From contig NIVC01002162.1 of the NCBI GenBank assembly GCA_002269645.1, positions 62,001 to 126,000 on the forward strand: a DNA stretch of 64,000 nt, read 5' to 3'. The notes below the pieces were generated by a model that saw only the letters and a list, made by a program, of their open reading frames with translations, was not told the origin of the DNA and ran no database searches. Numbering within the stretch: the first letter of the stretch is position 1; each line of letters starts with the position of its first letter. Source of the stretch: Macrostomum lignano (Eukaryota). Of the stretch, positions 36,175 to 46,799 are shown in pieces. The translations under genes were made by a program, and so were the position numbers.

Positions 36175-37506
36175 TGTCTGTCTGTCTGTCTGTCTGTCAA
36201 TTGTATTCTTCTGTCCATCTTTCCATCTCCTACTGATCATAGCAAGCCAACTCAAAACCTTCCCAGAAAAAGCTAACGGAGTCCCGCATCAAGGACATGT
36301 GCTCGCAGGACTTGGCCACTTACTACAAGGCCCTTGACTGGGCCATCTGCCAGTACCACACGGAGAAGATGACGGAGGTGAACAAGCTGATTCGCGACCT
36401 GTGGCGGGCCACCTACCGCGGCTCGGACATTGACTACATCGAGATCCGCTCAGACGAAGACACCTCCGGAGTGACAAAGTCGCGCCGGCAGTACAATTAT
36501 CGGGTGGTGATGTGCAAATCCGGAGCTGAGATGGACATGCGAGGCAGATGCTCCGCTGGACAAAAAGTCAGTATTGTCAGCTGGCCAGTATAGTTCAAGT
36601 AGCCCGTAAAAGTACAAAATGAATCTGAATGTACTTTTAAACGCAAAATTATCAACTGTTTAAGTTGGCGTATTATATAGCAATTATTGAGTTTTGTGAT
36701 TATGCTGATATTCAGTAGCGTATTCACACTACTTTTAGTATTGAATAGTGTTCAGTAGCTATAGATTTTACTAGTAATAATAATTGATTACACCTACCTT
36801 AATGGGCACATGTGCAACCGACAGGTCAGCCGCAGCTATTGCTGGCACCTGATCTGATGACCAACAATTTTACTGCTGAATGAACTGAAGCGATGAAGAG
36901 TTAAGTGTCTTGCTTAAGGACACAAATTGTTCCAAGTGGGTCAAGAATCGAACCCCCAACCTCTAAAGTTCGACGCTCTTAGCGTGTTAAATTTATAAAG
37001 AAGCTTTTCTAAGTTGCACATTTACGCTACTTTTAGTAGTGTTCAGCAGCTAAAATAGTTAAATAAGCAGGGATTCAGGGTTATCTTAAGTACTAAAATT
37101 TCTAATTTTTTTTTGTTTTTTAGTGTTAAGGTTAACAAGATCGCAAAACACTATTCAACTGCCCCTCCCCTACCCCCGACAGGTCCTGTGCTCGCTGATA
37201 GTGCGGCTGGCCCTGGCCGAGGCCTTCTGTCACAACTGCGGCATCCTGGCACTGGACGAGCCCACAACCAATCTGGACCGGGAGAACATCGAAAGCCTGG
37301 CCAATTCGCTTAGCGAAATCATTCGAACTCGGGCCACCCAGCAGCTCAACTTTCACATGATTGTCATCACCCACGACGAAGAGTTCGTTGAACTGCTGGG
37401 CCGGTCGGAGTTTGTCGATCATTTCTTCCGCGTGCAGAGCGACCCGGCCGGCTCGGGGCATTCGGAAATTCATCGGCGCAAAGTTGAAGAGCTGCATCCG
37501 CGATGA
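20719..37506 (+). CDS. RAD50: DNA repair protein RAD50 (MRN complex), 11 exons, 1351 aa
   Basis: Exons 20719..20958, 21353..21669, 22393..22648, 27560..27977, 29297..29649, 30712..30882, 31962..32320, 33528..34188, 34690..35346, 36267..36566, 37183..37506; sum 4056 nt, all GT-AG and phase-consistent. Walker [10 protein letters not shown]-loop [12 protein letters not shown], zinc hook CALC (33559-33570), signature [10 protein letters not shown], Walker B/D-loop [13 protein letters not shown]-loop VITHDEEF. Confidence 0.97.
21740..22310. repeat. Degenerate repeat (TTGAGAATCTCTCCT-type units) in RAD50 intron 2
   Basis: Recurrent GAGAATCTCTCC / GAGTCTCACC units of variable length. Confidence 0.8.
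22770..27530. repeat. 20-bp minisatellite (TAT[G/T]GTAGGGTGT[T/C]AGTGGA), ~4.76 kb, roughly 238 copies, RAD50 intron 3
   Basis: Exact 20-nt register maintained for ~80 sequence lines; two common biallelic positions. Confidence 0.98.
28015..29275. repeat. 24-bp to 23-bp minisatellite (TCTCACCTGTAGAA core) in RAD50 intron 4
   Basis: 5' units TCTCACCTGTAGAATTCTCCCCAA (24 bp) grade into ATCTCACCTGTAGAATGTATCTC (23 bp). Confidence 0.93.
29665..30575. repeat. 35-bp minisatellite (ATCCCGAATCCCCAGATCTCATTTTCAATCCCCTT), ~26 copies, RAD50 intron 5
   Basis: Tandem units; the read-through ORF shows a 35-aa period (3 x 35 bp). Confidence 0.95.
31005..31855. repeat. 23-bp minisatellite (GATATTTCGGACAGTAGTTAACT), ~36 copies, RAD50 intron 6
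   Basis: Tandem units with a few variants (TTGACA, CTAAT). Confidence 0.95.
32345..33430. repeat. 19-bp (GAAGCCTCAGCATCCCTAT) then 21-bp (GGCACCTCAGCATCTCCCT[A/T/G]T) minisatellite, RAD50 intron 7
   Basis: ~9 short units followed by ~43 long units; source of the WHLSISL/APQHLP ORFs. Confidence 0.95.
35350..36197. repeat. (GTCT)n microsatellite with (GT)n patch, RAD50 intron 9
   Basis: Direct reading; source of the (CLSV)n ORFs. Confidence 0.97.
36800..36985 (-). mobile_element. Degenerate second copy of the tRNA-derived SINE, RAD50 intron 10
   Basis: Shares CAACCGACAG.TCAGCCGCAGCTATTG, GAACTGAAGC.ATG.AGAGTTAAGT.TCTTGCT.AAGGACACAAATTGTTCCA and GAATCGAACCCCC with 13258-13547. Confidence 0.8.
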
Positions 37507-37974
37507 TGCGTCATCCATTGTCTTGATCCGCCATAAAAACTAAATTCACTTCCGCAAAATTAAATTTGAATTAGTTCTTCTTTTTCTTTTTTTGCGTTTC
37601 GTATTCCGTATCCTACTGTGTTACTTACAGTAGTTAGCTAACGATTGTAGTTAATTAAAATTTTCTATTAAACCAGTTGTATTATTTAATTTGGTATGCT
37701 GCCCGACATATTGGCTAATAGTTAATTGTTAATTTAATTAGCAATTTGTACCTTTTGCTACTGTTCTTATATCTTATCTAGCTCGTAATAAGTTACACAA
37801 AAGTGCGTACTGTTCTTTTGGTATTTACACAATAAAAAGCTGCATTTCTGTCACTGTTGCGTTTCGTGTTTTGAGAAAAAAATAAATATTAAAAAGGTTG
37901 GTTTTTCAACTGGTTATTTTGTTTAAATTTTTGTTTTCTCAAACTATTTGTTCTCTCCGTGTTTTGCGTGTCCT

Positions 37975-38255
37975 ATCCATCACCCTGATCAGTCACACTG
38001 GTCACTCCATCACCCTGATCTCTCACACTGGTCACTCCATCACCCTGATCAGTCACACTGGTCACTCCATCACCCTGATCTCTCACACTGGTCACTCCAT
38101 CACCCTGATCAGTCACACTGGTCACTCCATCACCCTGATCTCTCACACTGGTCACTCCATCACCCTGATCAGTCACACAGGTCACTCCATCACCCTGATC
38201 TCTCACACTGGTCACTCCATCACCCTGATCAGTCACACTGGTCACTCCATCACCT
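37975..38255. repeat. 30-bp minisatellite with alternating variants (60-bp dimer), ~9 units
   Basis: TCCATCACCCTGATC[AG/TC]TCACACTGGTCAC; the two variants strictly alternate. Confidence 0.93.
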
Positions 38256-38499
38256 CTCCCCTCTCATCTCCCTTCTCGTTTCTCACTTCTCTCTTCTCTT
38301 CCCTTTCGCCCGCAGTCATACGCTAGATTCTATATCTGGCCCTTGAGTTAAAAAAGTATGCCAACCTTCTACGAGCTAGGATATTTAGTTAACCGTGGAA
38401 TACTCGTACTAATATCTGAATCAGCTATAGCGATCGTATCGTGAATAATTAATGATGCATCAAGTTATTTTTTTAACATTCAAGACCTACATGTATGTC

Positions 38500-39470
38500 C
38501 CACCATCCAGATCCCGTGTCTCACCATCGAGATCCCGTATCTCACCATAGAAATCCCGTGTCCCACCATCGAGATCCCGTGTCCCACCATCGAGATCCCG
38601 TGTCCCACCATAGAAATCCCGTGTCTCACCATCGAGATCCCGTATCTCACCATAGAAATCCCGTGTCCCACCATCGAGATCCCGTGTCCCACCATCGAGA
38701 TCCCGTGTCCCACCATCGAGATCCCGTGTCCCACCATAGAAATCCCGTGTCCCACCATCGAGATCCCGTGTCCCACCATCGAGATCCCGTGTCCCACCAT
38801 AGAAATCCCGTGTCCCACCATCGAGATCCCGTGTCCCACCATAGAAATCCCGTGTCCCACCATCGAGATCCCGTGTCCCACCATCGAGATCCCGTGTCCC
38901 ACCATAGAAATCCCGTGTCCCACCATCGAGATCCCGTGTCCCACCATCGAGATCCCGTGTCCCACCATAGAAATCCCGTGTCCCACCATCGAGATCCCGT
39001 GTCCCACCATCGAGATCCCGTGTCCCACCATAGAAATCCCGTGTCCCACCATCGAGATCCCGTGTCCCACCATAGAAATCCCGTGTCCCACCATCGAGAT
39101 CCCGTGTCCCACCATCGAGATCCCGTGTCCCACCATAGAAATCCCGTGTCCCACCATCGAGATCCCGTGTCCCACCATCGAGATCCCGTGTCCCACCATC
39201 GAGATCCCGTGTCCCACCATCGAGATCCCGTGTCCCACCATCGAGATCCCGTGTCCCACCATCGAGATCCCGTGTCCCACCATCGAGATCCCGTGTCCCA
39301 CCATCGAGATCCCGTGTCCCACCATCGAGATCCCGTGTCCCACCATCGAGATCCCGTGTCCCACCATCGAGATCCCGTGTCCCACCATAGAAATCCCGTG
39401 TCCCACCATCAAGATCCCGTGTCCCACCATCGAGATCCCGTGTCCCACCATAGAAATCCCGTGTCTCTGC
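38500..39470. repeat. 21-bp minisatellite (CCACCATCGAGATCCCGTGTC / CCACCATAGAAATCCCGTGTC), ~46 copies
   Basis: Direct reading; source of the (HGISMVG)n ORF. Confidence 0.95.
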
Positions 39471-39966
39471 ATCGAGAGCGGCCGTGTCTGAACAATACAG
39501 CCGCTACACAATGGCTCACTCAAGCATACGAAACATGCATTGTTTTTTCCCGCTGCATTGAATAGTAAGGTGCTGTCATTGTTCCTCCACTCAATTCCTC
39601 ATTTAAAAAGTTACATAAAAAGGCCTAAAAAGTTTTTTCTCACAAAGACGGAAAGTGCATGCCTTATGCAGTTGCAAGCTTTGCCAGTTTTTTGGCGAAG
39701 TCTTGCATGAATTTTCCCACCCTAAAGCGGCAAAAGCTTGTATGGCTTGTGTGCGAACATGAATTATTGAAGTTTAGCTGATGGAAAAGAAACGCCACAT
39801 GCAAACCTTGCCTACCTTTCTCGGAGTGAGCAGTAACTAAGCTATAGAGAGACGACGAAGCAAATTTTTTGTACCGCCATCTTCCTATTGGACGGCAAGC
39901 CAATTAAAAGCCAGCTGCTTCTTCTACAGACTGTTTGCTGCTTGCTGCAGCTCTGACTGCTGAATC

Positions 39967-40716
39967 ATGCGGATCGGCATCATCAGAGTTCGCCTCCAGC
40001 TGCTCATGCTGCCACTCCTCCTGTGGCACAGCGCGTCAGGAAGTTTTTACCATCCAAGGCACGGATTCCTCTGCATCCGGCCCGAGTACCAGACTACGGT
40101 GTCGGGTGTCACGTCCGACATCCTGTGCGCGGATTTGTGCAACAATGACCAGCGCTGTCAGGCCTTCAGCCTGGCTGACGGTCCGTGCCAGCTGTTCGTG
40201 TTCGACAAGTGCAGCAAGTCGGTGAGGGACTGCGGCTGCTCCAGGAGAGGCCGGGTGTTCGTGAAGCAGCAGCCAGGACTCGAGCCGGGCGCGCTGTGTC
40301 CGTCAGGCTACGCCATGGACCTGTGCGGTGTGAAGTACAAGGCCTTGCTGACACGTGCACTTTGGACTACTCAGAGGCAGGCTTGCGAGTCGACCAGCGG
40401 CTTGGTGATCATGGCCGATGTGACCAGCAGCGCTGAGATGTCGCATATCGGACAGCTTTACTCCGTTCACAACTTCACTGGTGGCCTGTCGATGTGGCTT
40501 AGCGGCCTTCAGGCTGCCGGGAGTGTTGAGCCCGACGGAGGCTGGAGCTGGGTCACCTGCAGCATCACAGTGAATGCCAGCTTCTGGGGTAGTGGCGAGC
40601 CTGGCAATTCCGGCGGAGTCGAAGACGCCATTTTTGCGAGAACGCAGTTGGGTGACGCCTCGAAGACAACGAGCATGAGAGGCGGCTTGTGCGAGTGCCT
40701 GTCCCCATTTGATTGA
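39967..40716 (+). CDS. Secreted PAN/apple domain + C-type lectin-like domain protein, intronless, 249 aa
   Basis: Hydrophobic signal (LQLLMLPLLLWHSASG). PAN pattern CADLCNNDQRCQAFSLADGPCQL. CTLD pattern CPSGY...KYK...W...RQAC...MWLSG...GGWSW...WGSGEPGN...EDA...LGD...LCE. AATAAA-like signals downstream. Confidence 0.8.
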   Translation: MRIGIIRVRLQLLMLPLLLWHSASGSFYHPRHGFLCIRPEYQTTVSGVTSDILCADLCNNDQRCQAFSLADGPCQLFVFDKCSKSVRDCGCSRRGRVFVKQQPGLEPGALCPSGYAMDLCGVKYKALLTRALWTTQRQACESTSGLVIMADVTSSAEMSHIGQLYSVHNFTGGLSMWLSGLQAAGSVEPDGGWSWVTCSITVNASFWGSGEPGNSGGVEDAIFARTQLGDASKTTSMRGGLCECLSPFD

Positions 40717-41069
40717 GCCTGTGAATTTAACCAGCTTGATTAAAAGTTACCATGAGAAACACTTTTTTATAAATCTTAACCTACATTTACAATCTAATTA
40801 TTGTTTGTATCGTTCAGTCGTCCGATGACTTAAATCCAGAAAATTTTATTTTAAATAAATTAATAAAACAAGTTTTAAACTTGGTTTCTTTCAATCGGCA
40901 ACATAGCAGAAGTGAATTGGTTTTTTTTTACTTTTATTGGAGCTGGTGGGTCAATGCAAGGAGCGCCATCGCTAAGCTTACTTTTTCCCTCATCCTTGTT
41001 ACGACTTTTATGCAAAAGCATTGACCAGGCAGTAGCGCTGGTAAATTAGCTGTATATCACCGGACCGAG

Positions 41070-41267
41070 TCAGGGAGGTGTTGCTGCTACTGACTCTCTG
41101 CAGGCAACCCTACCGACGGGGACAGGCGCTGAATTCCTGCATGCTGGCTGACGCCGCGCAGCGTCCCGGATTTGGTCGGCGGCGTGGGCCTTCGTTCGCG
41201 ACTTGTCACAGAGGCGCGCCCTGTGACGCTGCTTTCTAAGAACCCTGACAGCGCATTTTGTTGCTGC

Positions 41268-41302
<35 letters not shown>

Positions 41303-41341
41303 CTGCTATTGTTGCTGATGTTGCTGATGTCGTTGTTGACA

Positions 41342-41417
<76 letters not shown>

Positions 41418-41790
41418 GCGCACGCCCCAAAGTCAGCGATGCTGCGAGGGGCGGGGACGTTAGTCCTCGAAGGAGCGTGAGTACAACCGACGCGCAAGGA
41501 CAACTAAAGCAACGTAGTAGTAGTGTGGTAGTCCTTGCCGACGCGTCGTTCAGAAGTAGCTCACGGCCGACCGGGTGGGCCGGTGTCCCCCGGGCATTCA
41601 AAAAGTAGGTGGTGCTCGGTGTCCGGGTCCCGCAGTCCGGGCACAGCAGTTTATCGGACATGCCGAGCCGGTGGCGGGTGGCGGCCGCCAGAATGTTGCA
41701 GCCGGCTGGTTGATGGAAACCTCGGACTTTCTGGGTAGCTGCAGCCAGGGAGTTTTGCGGTCCCAGAACTCGTGGTTTTCAGACAACTCA
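41070..41790 (-). mobile_element. Scrambled 3' fragments of RNase H-type LINEs interleaved with (CAA)n and (GA)n microsatellites
   Basis: Minus strand gives ...KTPWLQLP... and, across a frameshift, CPDCGT..DTEHHLLFECPG (ORF2 CCHC knuckle). (TC)n at ~41345-41414 and (TTG)n-like tract at ~41258-41340. Confidence 0.55.
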
Positions 41791-41794
41791 AACC

Positions 41795-43545
41795 CCTGTT
41801 GTTGATGTTCGAAATGGACTGCTGTTTTTGTCGTTGCTGAAGTTGTTGCTGCTGCTGTTCTTGTTGTTGTTTGCGGAAGGTGGTCTAGGGCTGCCTATGC
41901 AGGCAGTCCAAGAACCTAGCCACCAGATCGCCATCGGCCAAGTCCTCCAGTTGGTGTAGGTCCGTCGCGTGCCGAGCTCCGGCCAGGGCCGGACATTCGA
42001 GGAAGTGGTCCTTGTCTTCTAAGAGGTCGCACCGGAGGCATCTGCTATCCTCCCTAGTGCCTATTCGGTGCTGATAGTACGCCGTAGAAGGATCGTGACC
42101 GGCACGCATTTGAGCTATGGAAACCTGAAGCGCGCGAGGGCGAGCAGGCATCGAGGGGGTCTTGCTGTAGACCCGCTTCAGCCGGTCATTCAGGAGAGGC
42201 TTATAGTTGATGAGACGGCGTATGCGGCTTCGGGCGGCCTCGATGTCGATCCCTAGAAGGTCCTGGGGGAGCAGACAGGCGTTCTTTGCCTCGGTGTCGG
42301 CTCTCTCGTTACCGGGAGTCCCAGAATGACCTGGGATCCACTGCAGGACCACGTCGGCGTGGCTCTCCACCTGCGTCAGCTTGCGCTTGAGCGACTCGAG
42401 CAGAGGGTTCAGGGAGTGCTGCCGACCTTTGAGCGCCGCAATGGCCGATTGGCTGTCGGTGAGGATCAGGGCAGAGTCCTGCTTAGTCTCAAGGATGTGG
42501 TCCAGGGCGAGGTGCAGAGCTGAGAGTTCAGCTTGGAACGAGCTACACCAGCGCCCGGTAGCAGCTCCCTCAATCCAAACCACCTGGCCCGAAGTAGGGG
42601 CGACTGCCACACAGGCTGCCCCTCCATTCTCCGTTCCTTCGGATGCAGATCCGTCGGTGAAATAGTGAATCTTGCGGTCGCCCCCTGATTTAATGGTGTC
42701 TTCCGTCGCCGACCGCCTGGTCTCTGGCGGATCGTTCCTGGAGATCGGCTGAGTCAGGTTTTCGCAAAGGGTGACCCGATCCTCGATTCTCGGAAGCCAG
42801 GGCTTGTTTCTGATCCAGTTCGATTCCCGGCGTGGGCAATGCAGAATCTGCTCGGATTCCAGCTTGGCTTGATCCCGGAGACCTTTGTTAGCTTTGAGCC
42901 TGCGCCGGCCTTGTTCTTCGCAAAGGCTGCGCCAAGGGTCGTGGGCTGGCCGCCGGAGGCCATATGACGGATTCGACCATGGCGGTGTACGTACGCATCA
43001 GCAGCTTGCGGTCCCAGCCCCAGCTCCTTTGAGCTAGCGCTCTCACGATGTTGGTGCGCTTGGCCATCTTTTCTTTGACCGTTTTGACTTGTTGAGCAAA
43101 GATGAGTCCACGGTCAATCCAAATACCGAGGTATTTGAGCGACTCCGTGAAGCGAAGTTGGGTGCCGGCTAGACGGAGATCAGGTGGCCGGTCAAAGTCG
43201 GCCCGGTTCCTAGAGAAGAGGCACGCCTGGGTTTTATTGTAGCTGGATTAACCGAGATGCGGAGGTCTCTGGTCCAGGTTTCGATGAAGTCCAGGGCGCT
43301 CTGCAGCTTACTGGTGAGGTTCTGAAGGCTACTGTCAGTAGTCCATAGGCAGAAGTCGTCTGCGAATCCTCCATGTTGAACTTCAGTTTCAGGGAAGCCA
43401 GTCCAATCATTGACGTAAAGGAGGAATAGAACCGGGGAGCACACCGCTCCCTGGGGAACTCCACTGGTGATGCGGCGCCACTTCCCGGTGGTGTTGCCGA
43501 TTTTGGTACAGATTGTTCTACCTTCCAGTGTTGGATCCAGTGCTG
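41795..43545 (-). mobile_element. 5'-truncated, frameshifted non-LTR retrotransposon (I-group; RT + RNase H + CCHC) with (CAA)n tail
   Basis: RT motifs SGVPQGAVCSPVLFLLYVND, GFADDFCLW, KYLGIWID. RNase H motifs YFTDGS, QAELSAL, ILTDSQS, WIPGHSGTPGNERAD. C-terminal CLRC....DKDHFLECP; stop at 41885 followed by a CAA-rich tail. At least three frameshifts. Confidence 0.9.
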
Positions 43546-43604
43546 CTGTTCTTGTTGTTGTTGTTGTTGTTGCTGTTGTTGTTGTTGTTGCTGTTGTTGC
43601 TGCT

Positions 43605-43639
<35 letters not shown>

Positions 43640-43906
43640 TGTTGTTGTTGCTGTTGTTGTTGCTGTTGTTGTTGTTGTTGCTGTTGTTGTTGGTGTTGTT
43701 GGTGTTGTTGTCGTTGTTGTTCTTGTTGTTGTTGCTGTTGTTGTTGCTGTTGTTGTTGTTGCTGTTGTTGTTGTTGTTGTTGTTGCTGTTGTTGTTCCTG
43801 TCATTGTTGCTGTTGTTGTTCCTGTCATTGTTGCTGTTGTTTTTAGCGCTGTTGTTGTTGTTGTTGTGTTGTTGCTGTTGTTGTTGCTCTAGTAGTTGTT
43901 GCTGAT

Positions 43907-44004
<98 letters not shown>

Positions 44005-44015
44005 TGTTGTTGTTT

Positions 44016-44047
<32 letters not shown>

Positions 44048-44060
44048 GGTGGTGTTAGTG
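43545..44060. repeat. Compound microsatellite (GTT/GCT)n - (GTA)n - (GTT)n - (GGT)n
   Basis: Direct reading; source of poly-T/V/L/Y ORFs. Confidence 0.97.
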
Positions 44061-44299
44061 ACGATGCTTAGATATCCTGCTTCCACCCTTCCGCTTCCTA
44101 CTGCTTCCATCTCGTCTTTCACCATTCCCAGAACTGCAGCGCTTCCTCGGGTTTCTCACAAAGGCTCCCCAGCTCCATCAACTGGATACATCTGCGCTCG
44201 CTTGCTGTTGTTCTTGTTGACTGCGGCGTTGGCTCTAACCATATAACCCCAGCATCGACCCCCGTCACGGGTAGTCGAATACCGAGGGCCAGACTGAGC

Positions 44300-44860
44300 C
44301 CCAAACACACGCCCTGAAGCAGGCCCGGTGCCCGATTCCAAGCGCTCTTCGCCGCCATAAATGGGGGCGTTGCCTCCCCTCATCCCGCGACAAAGACGCG
44401 ACTGCGACATCAGGGCGGAATTCATCGCTTTTTTTGCTAGGCATCGTCACCTCCAGGGAAAAATCCGCAGCGAGGAATGCCCAGTCTGCCTCTCCGGTGT
44501 TGAGAATGGAGAGCACTTCATCTGTGAATGCCCCACCTTTACTCAGGACAGGCTCACCTACCTCGGGCCCAAACCGGGACCTCTCCGACGTACGTTTTCA
44601 GGCCCGATAATCTCTGCCAGCTCGTCGGCTACCTAAGGACTACCGGGCGAGCGATCATCCACCTTCTGGACTCTCCGGAGGGGGACCGCGCTGCGGACAC
44701 CGGCACCACCGGATCTCCCTGGGCGACACCGCAACACCAGCTGCCTGTGCTCGCCAGGGGTTATCGGAATGGGCGGCAACGCCTCTTCGCTGCATCCGGA
44801 TGCACGGGGCCCCGCTGCAGCTGAGTCAAGTAATTAAGGAAGACTCCAATCCTAATTCTC
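44300..44860 (+). mobile_element. LINE ORF2 3' fragment (CCHC knuckle + 3'UTR), opposite orientation
   Basis: ARHRHLQGKIRSEECPVCLSGVENGEHFICECPTFTQDRLTYLG matches the C-x2-C...EH...CP...R...LG pattern of LINE C-termini. Confidence 0.7.
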
Positions 44861-45399
44861 ACTAAATCTCCTTTAGCATAGAAATTTCCTAGAATAGACT
44901 AAAGAGGTAAAGCATATGAGCAGTATAAGAGAGGCAAGGCTAGAGTGAATTTAGGCAGGCATACAGGATGAAATGAAAAGACAATAGAGTCCTGCAACAA
45001 GTGGGGCCCACAGTGGAGCGCAGCAGCGCATGACAAAATCTACAGCAGTAACCATCTATTTCAGCTAGATCGCGGGCTCGTGAAAGCTGCAGATTGATCG
45101 ATGCGGGTTGGAGATGGCCGGCCGGAGAGTCCTGCACGGAGGCCGCTCCTGGGGAGGAGCTGCGGGCGCACCCAGAGACCGACGGCCAACCCCGAGGGGC
45201 GTAGCAACCGAAGACAGTAAAATAACTCAGAACTGACCTCCCCCAGATACTCTAACTCAACCAGAGTAAAACTGATGGGTTTGAGCGCCTAACCCTCACC
45301 CCCGTAGCAACATGCATGTTTAGTGCTAATCTTATTGCATGCGCTGTTTGTATAAACCTTGCCGTCGTTAACCACGCTACATCCCAGTCCATCGACGGC

Positions 45400-45688
45400 A
45401 GGGGATAAAATTGTGGAAGACTTGTAGAATTCCAGGAAGTGAGGCCCAGGTACTTGATAAGACTTTTTGCAGACGATAGCTTTATCCTAAATGAGTAACG
45501 GTAGGGAAACGTTTTTGTTCTTAGGGGAGCGAATGAACAGGCAGGCCTCGCACTTACTTGGGTTTAAGTGATCAATCTTGAGATCCTCCGCCCAGGTGCC
45601 CACTCTGTCGAGAGCTGCTTGCATTCTCATGTTCACTTCCTCGGTTGATTCGCCGCACGTCCAAAGGGCTAAGTCGTCAAACGCAATG
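45400..45688 (-). mobile_element. LINE reverse transcriptase fragment (domains 5-7)
   Basis: AFDDLALWTCGESTEEVNMRMQAALDRVGTWAEDLKI..LNPSKCEACLF....KYLGL on the minus strand, with a stop; truncated by the adjacent 26-bp array. Confidence 0.75.
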
Positions 45689-45689
45689 G

Positions 45690-46010
45690 TACGTTTGGAT
45701 GCTCAAGCAGGATGATACGTTTGGATGCTCAAGCAGGATGATACGTTTGGATGCTCAAGCAGGATGATACGTTTGGATGCTCAAGCAGGATGATACATTT
45801 GGATGCTCAAGCAGGATGATACGTTTGGATGCTCAAGCAGGATGATACGTTTGGATGCTCAAGCAGGATGATACGTTTGGATGCTCAAGCAGGATGATAC
45901 GTTTGGATGATCAAGCAGGATGATACGTTTGGATGCTCAAGCAGGATGATACATTTGGATGCTCAAGCAGGTTGATACGTTTGGATGCTCAAGCAGGATG
46001 ATACGTTTGG
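45690..46010. repeat. 26-bp minisatellite (GTTTGGATGCTCAAGCAGGATGATAC), ~12 copies
   Basis: Direct reading. Confidence 0.95.
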
Positions 46011-46099
46011 AAGGATGCACTCACTAGGTATATGGCATCAGAACTCAAGCGTTGATTTTCTAGCTGCTTTGGTTGTCCATCTACATTTGCAAACGCGAG

Positions 46100-46330
46100 C
46101 GCTTACGGCTCGAGTTGGAGTCCTGAGATTTGGTTGCAAACAGCCTTTCTAAAAAATGCAGTGAGCAGATCCGGTAGTTGTGCTTTGGATCGCTGCACAA
46201 CTTCTCCGACTCCAACTCTGCAGCTTTCCAATTTCTGGGAAACTTCCCACGCTCTGAGCTTGAGAAAAACGCATCTAAACTTGTATAGCGGAGTGGGGTG
46301 GGGCTGGTGAGTGTCCCTTCCTGGGGAGCG
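46100..46330 (-). pseudogene. Degenerate THAP zinc-finger relic (possibly from a P-element-like transposase)
   Basis: ...AFF....KFPRNWK....NYRICSLHFLERLF contains the THAP C-terminal CSxHF..F motif; the N-terminal Cys pair is not cleanly recoverable. Confidence 0.45.
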
Positions 46331-46493
46331 CAGCGACCAAAGAGGCTTCCCTGGCTGTACTGTGTTGCTATGTGTTTGCATTCGGTTATCAACGATACAA
46401 TAGTCTTAGCTAGCCTCAGCTCAATAAAACATTTAAAAACGAAAACGTATAGATACATGATTAAATTGTGCAGACGCCGCACTTATTATTAAG

Positions 46494-46566
46494 GGTTCGG
46501 TGGTGTAGTGGTTATCACATCTGTCTCACACACAGAAGGTCCCCGGTTCGAGCCCGGGCCGAACCA
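46494..46566 (+). tRNA. tRNA-Val (anticodon CAC)
   Basis: Acceptor stem GGTTCGG/CCGAACC, A box TGGTGTAGTGG, anticodon arm TCTGT-CT-CAC-AC-ACAGA (CAC at 46527-46529), T arm CCCGG-TTCGAGC-CCGGG, discriminator A, T6 terminator at ~46570. Confidence 0.95.
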
Positions 46567-46799
46567 TAGTTTTTTATAAACGATAATTTAAGACTCGTTT
46601 TTGATTATGCTAAAAAAATTCAGATCATTTTTGTTTATTTTTATTTGTTTTCGTTTTTCAATGTTAGAATCTAACTAGCAATCTTTGCCCCCCGATGGGG
46701 GACATCTGGATAGAATCCTTGTTTTTTACAAATAACAAATAGACAGCGAAATAAAGCCTTCAGAAAAAACAACAGACATTCCCTCTTAAAAACAAAACA

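Noticed and set aside
32494-36337. Long ORFs such as (WHLSISL)n, (CLSV)n, (APQHLP)n, and likewise (HGISMVG)n, (CEVSVV)n, (LKPLV)n elsewhere
   Set aside because: Stop-free read-through of tandem repeats, open in several frames and on both strands; the real coding parts are the RAD50 exons.
3424-40716. Operon-like immune cluster of cGLR + FReD + C-type lectin
   Set aside because: The lectin is ~30 kb away beyond housekeeping genes, and eukaryotic adjacency alone does not imply co-function; only the cGLR-FReD pairing is kept, as a low-weight hypothesis.
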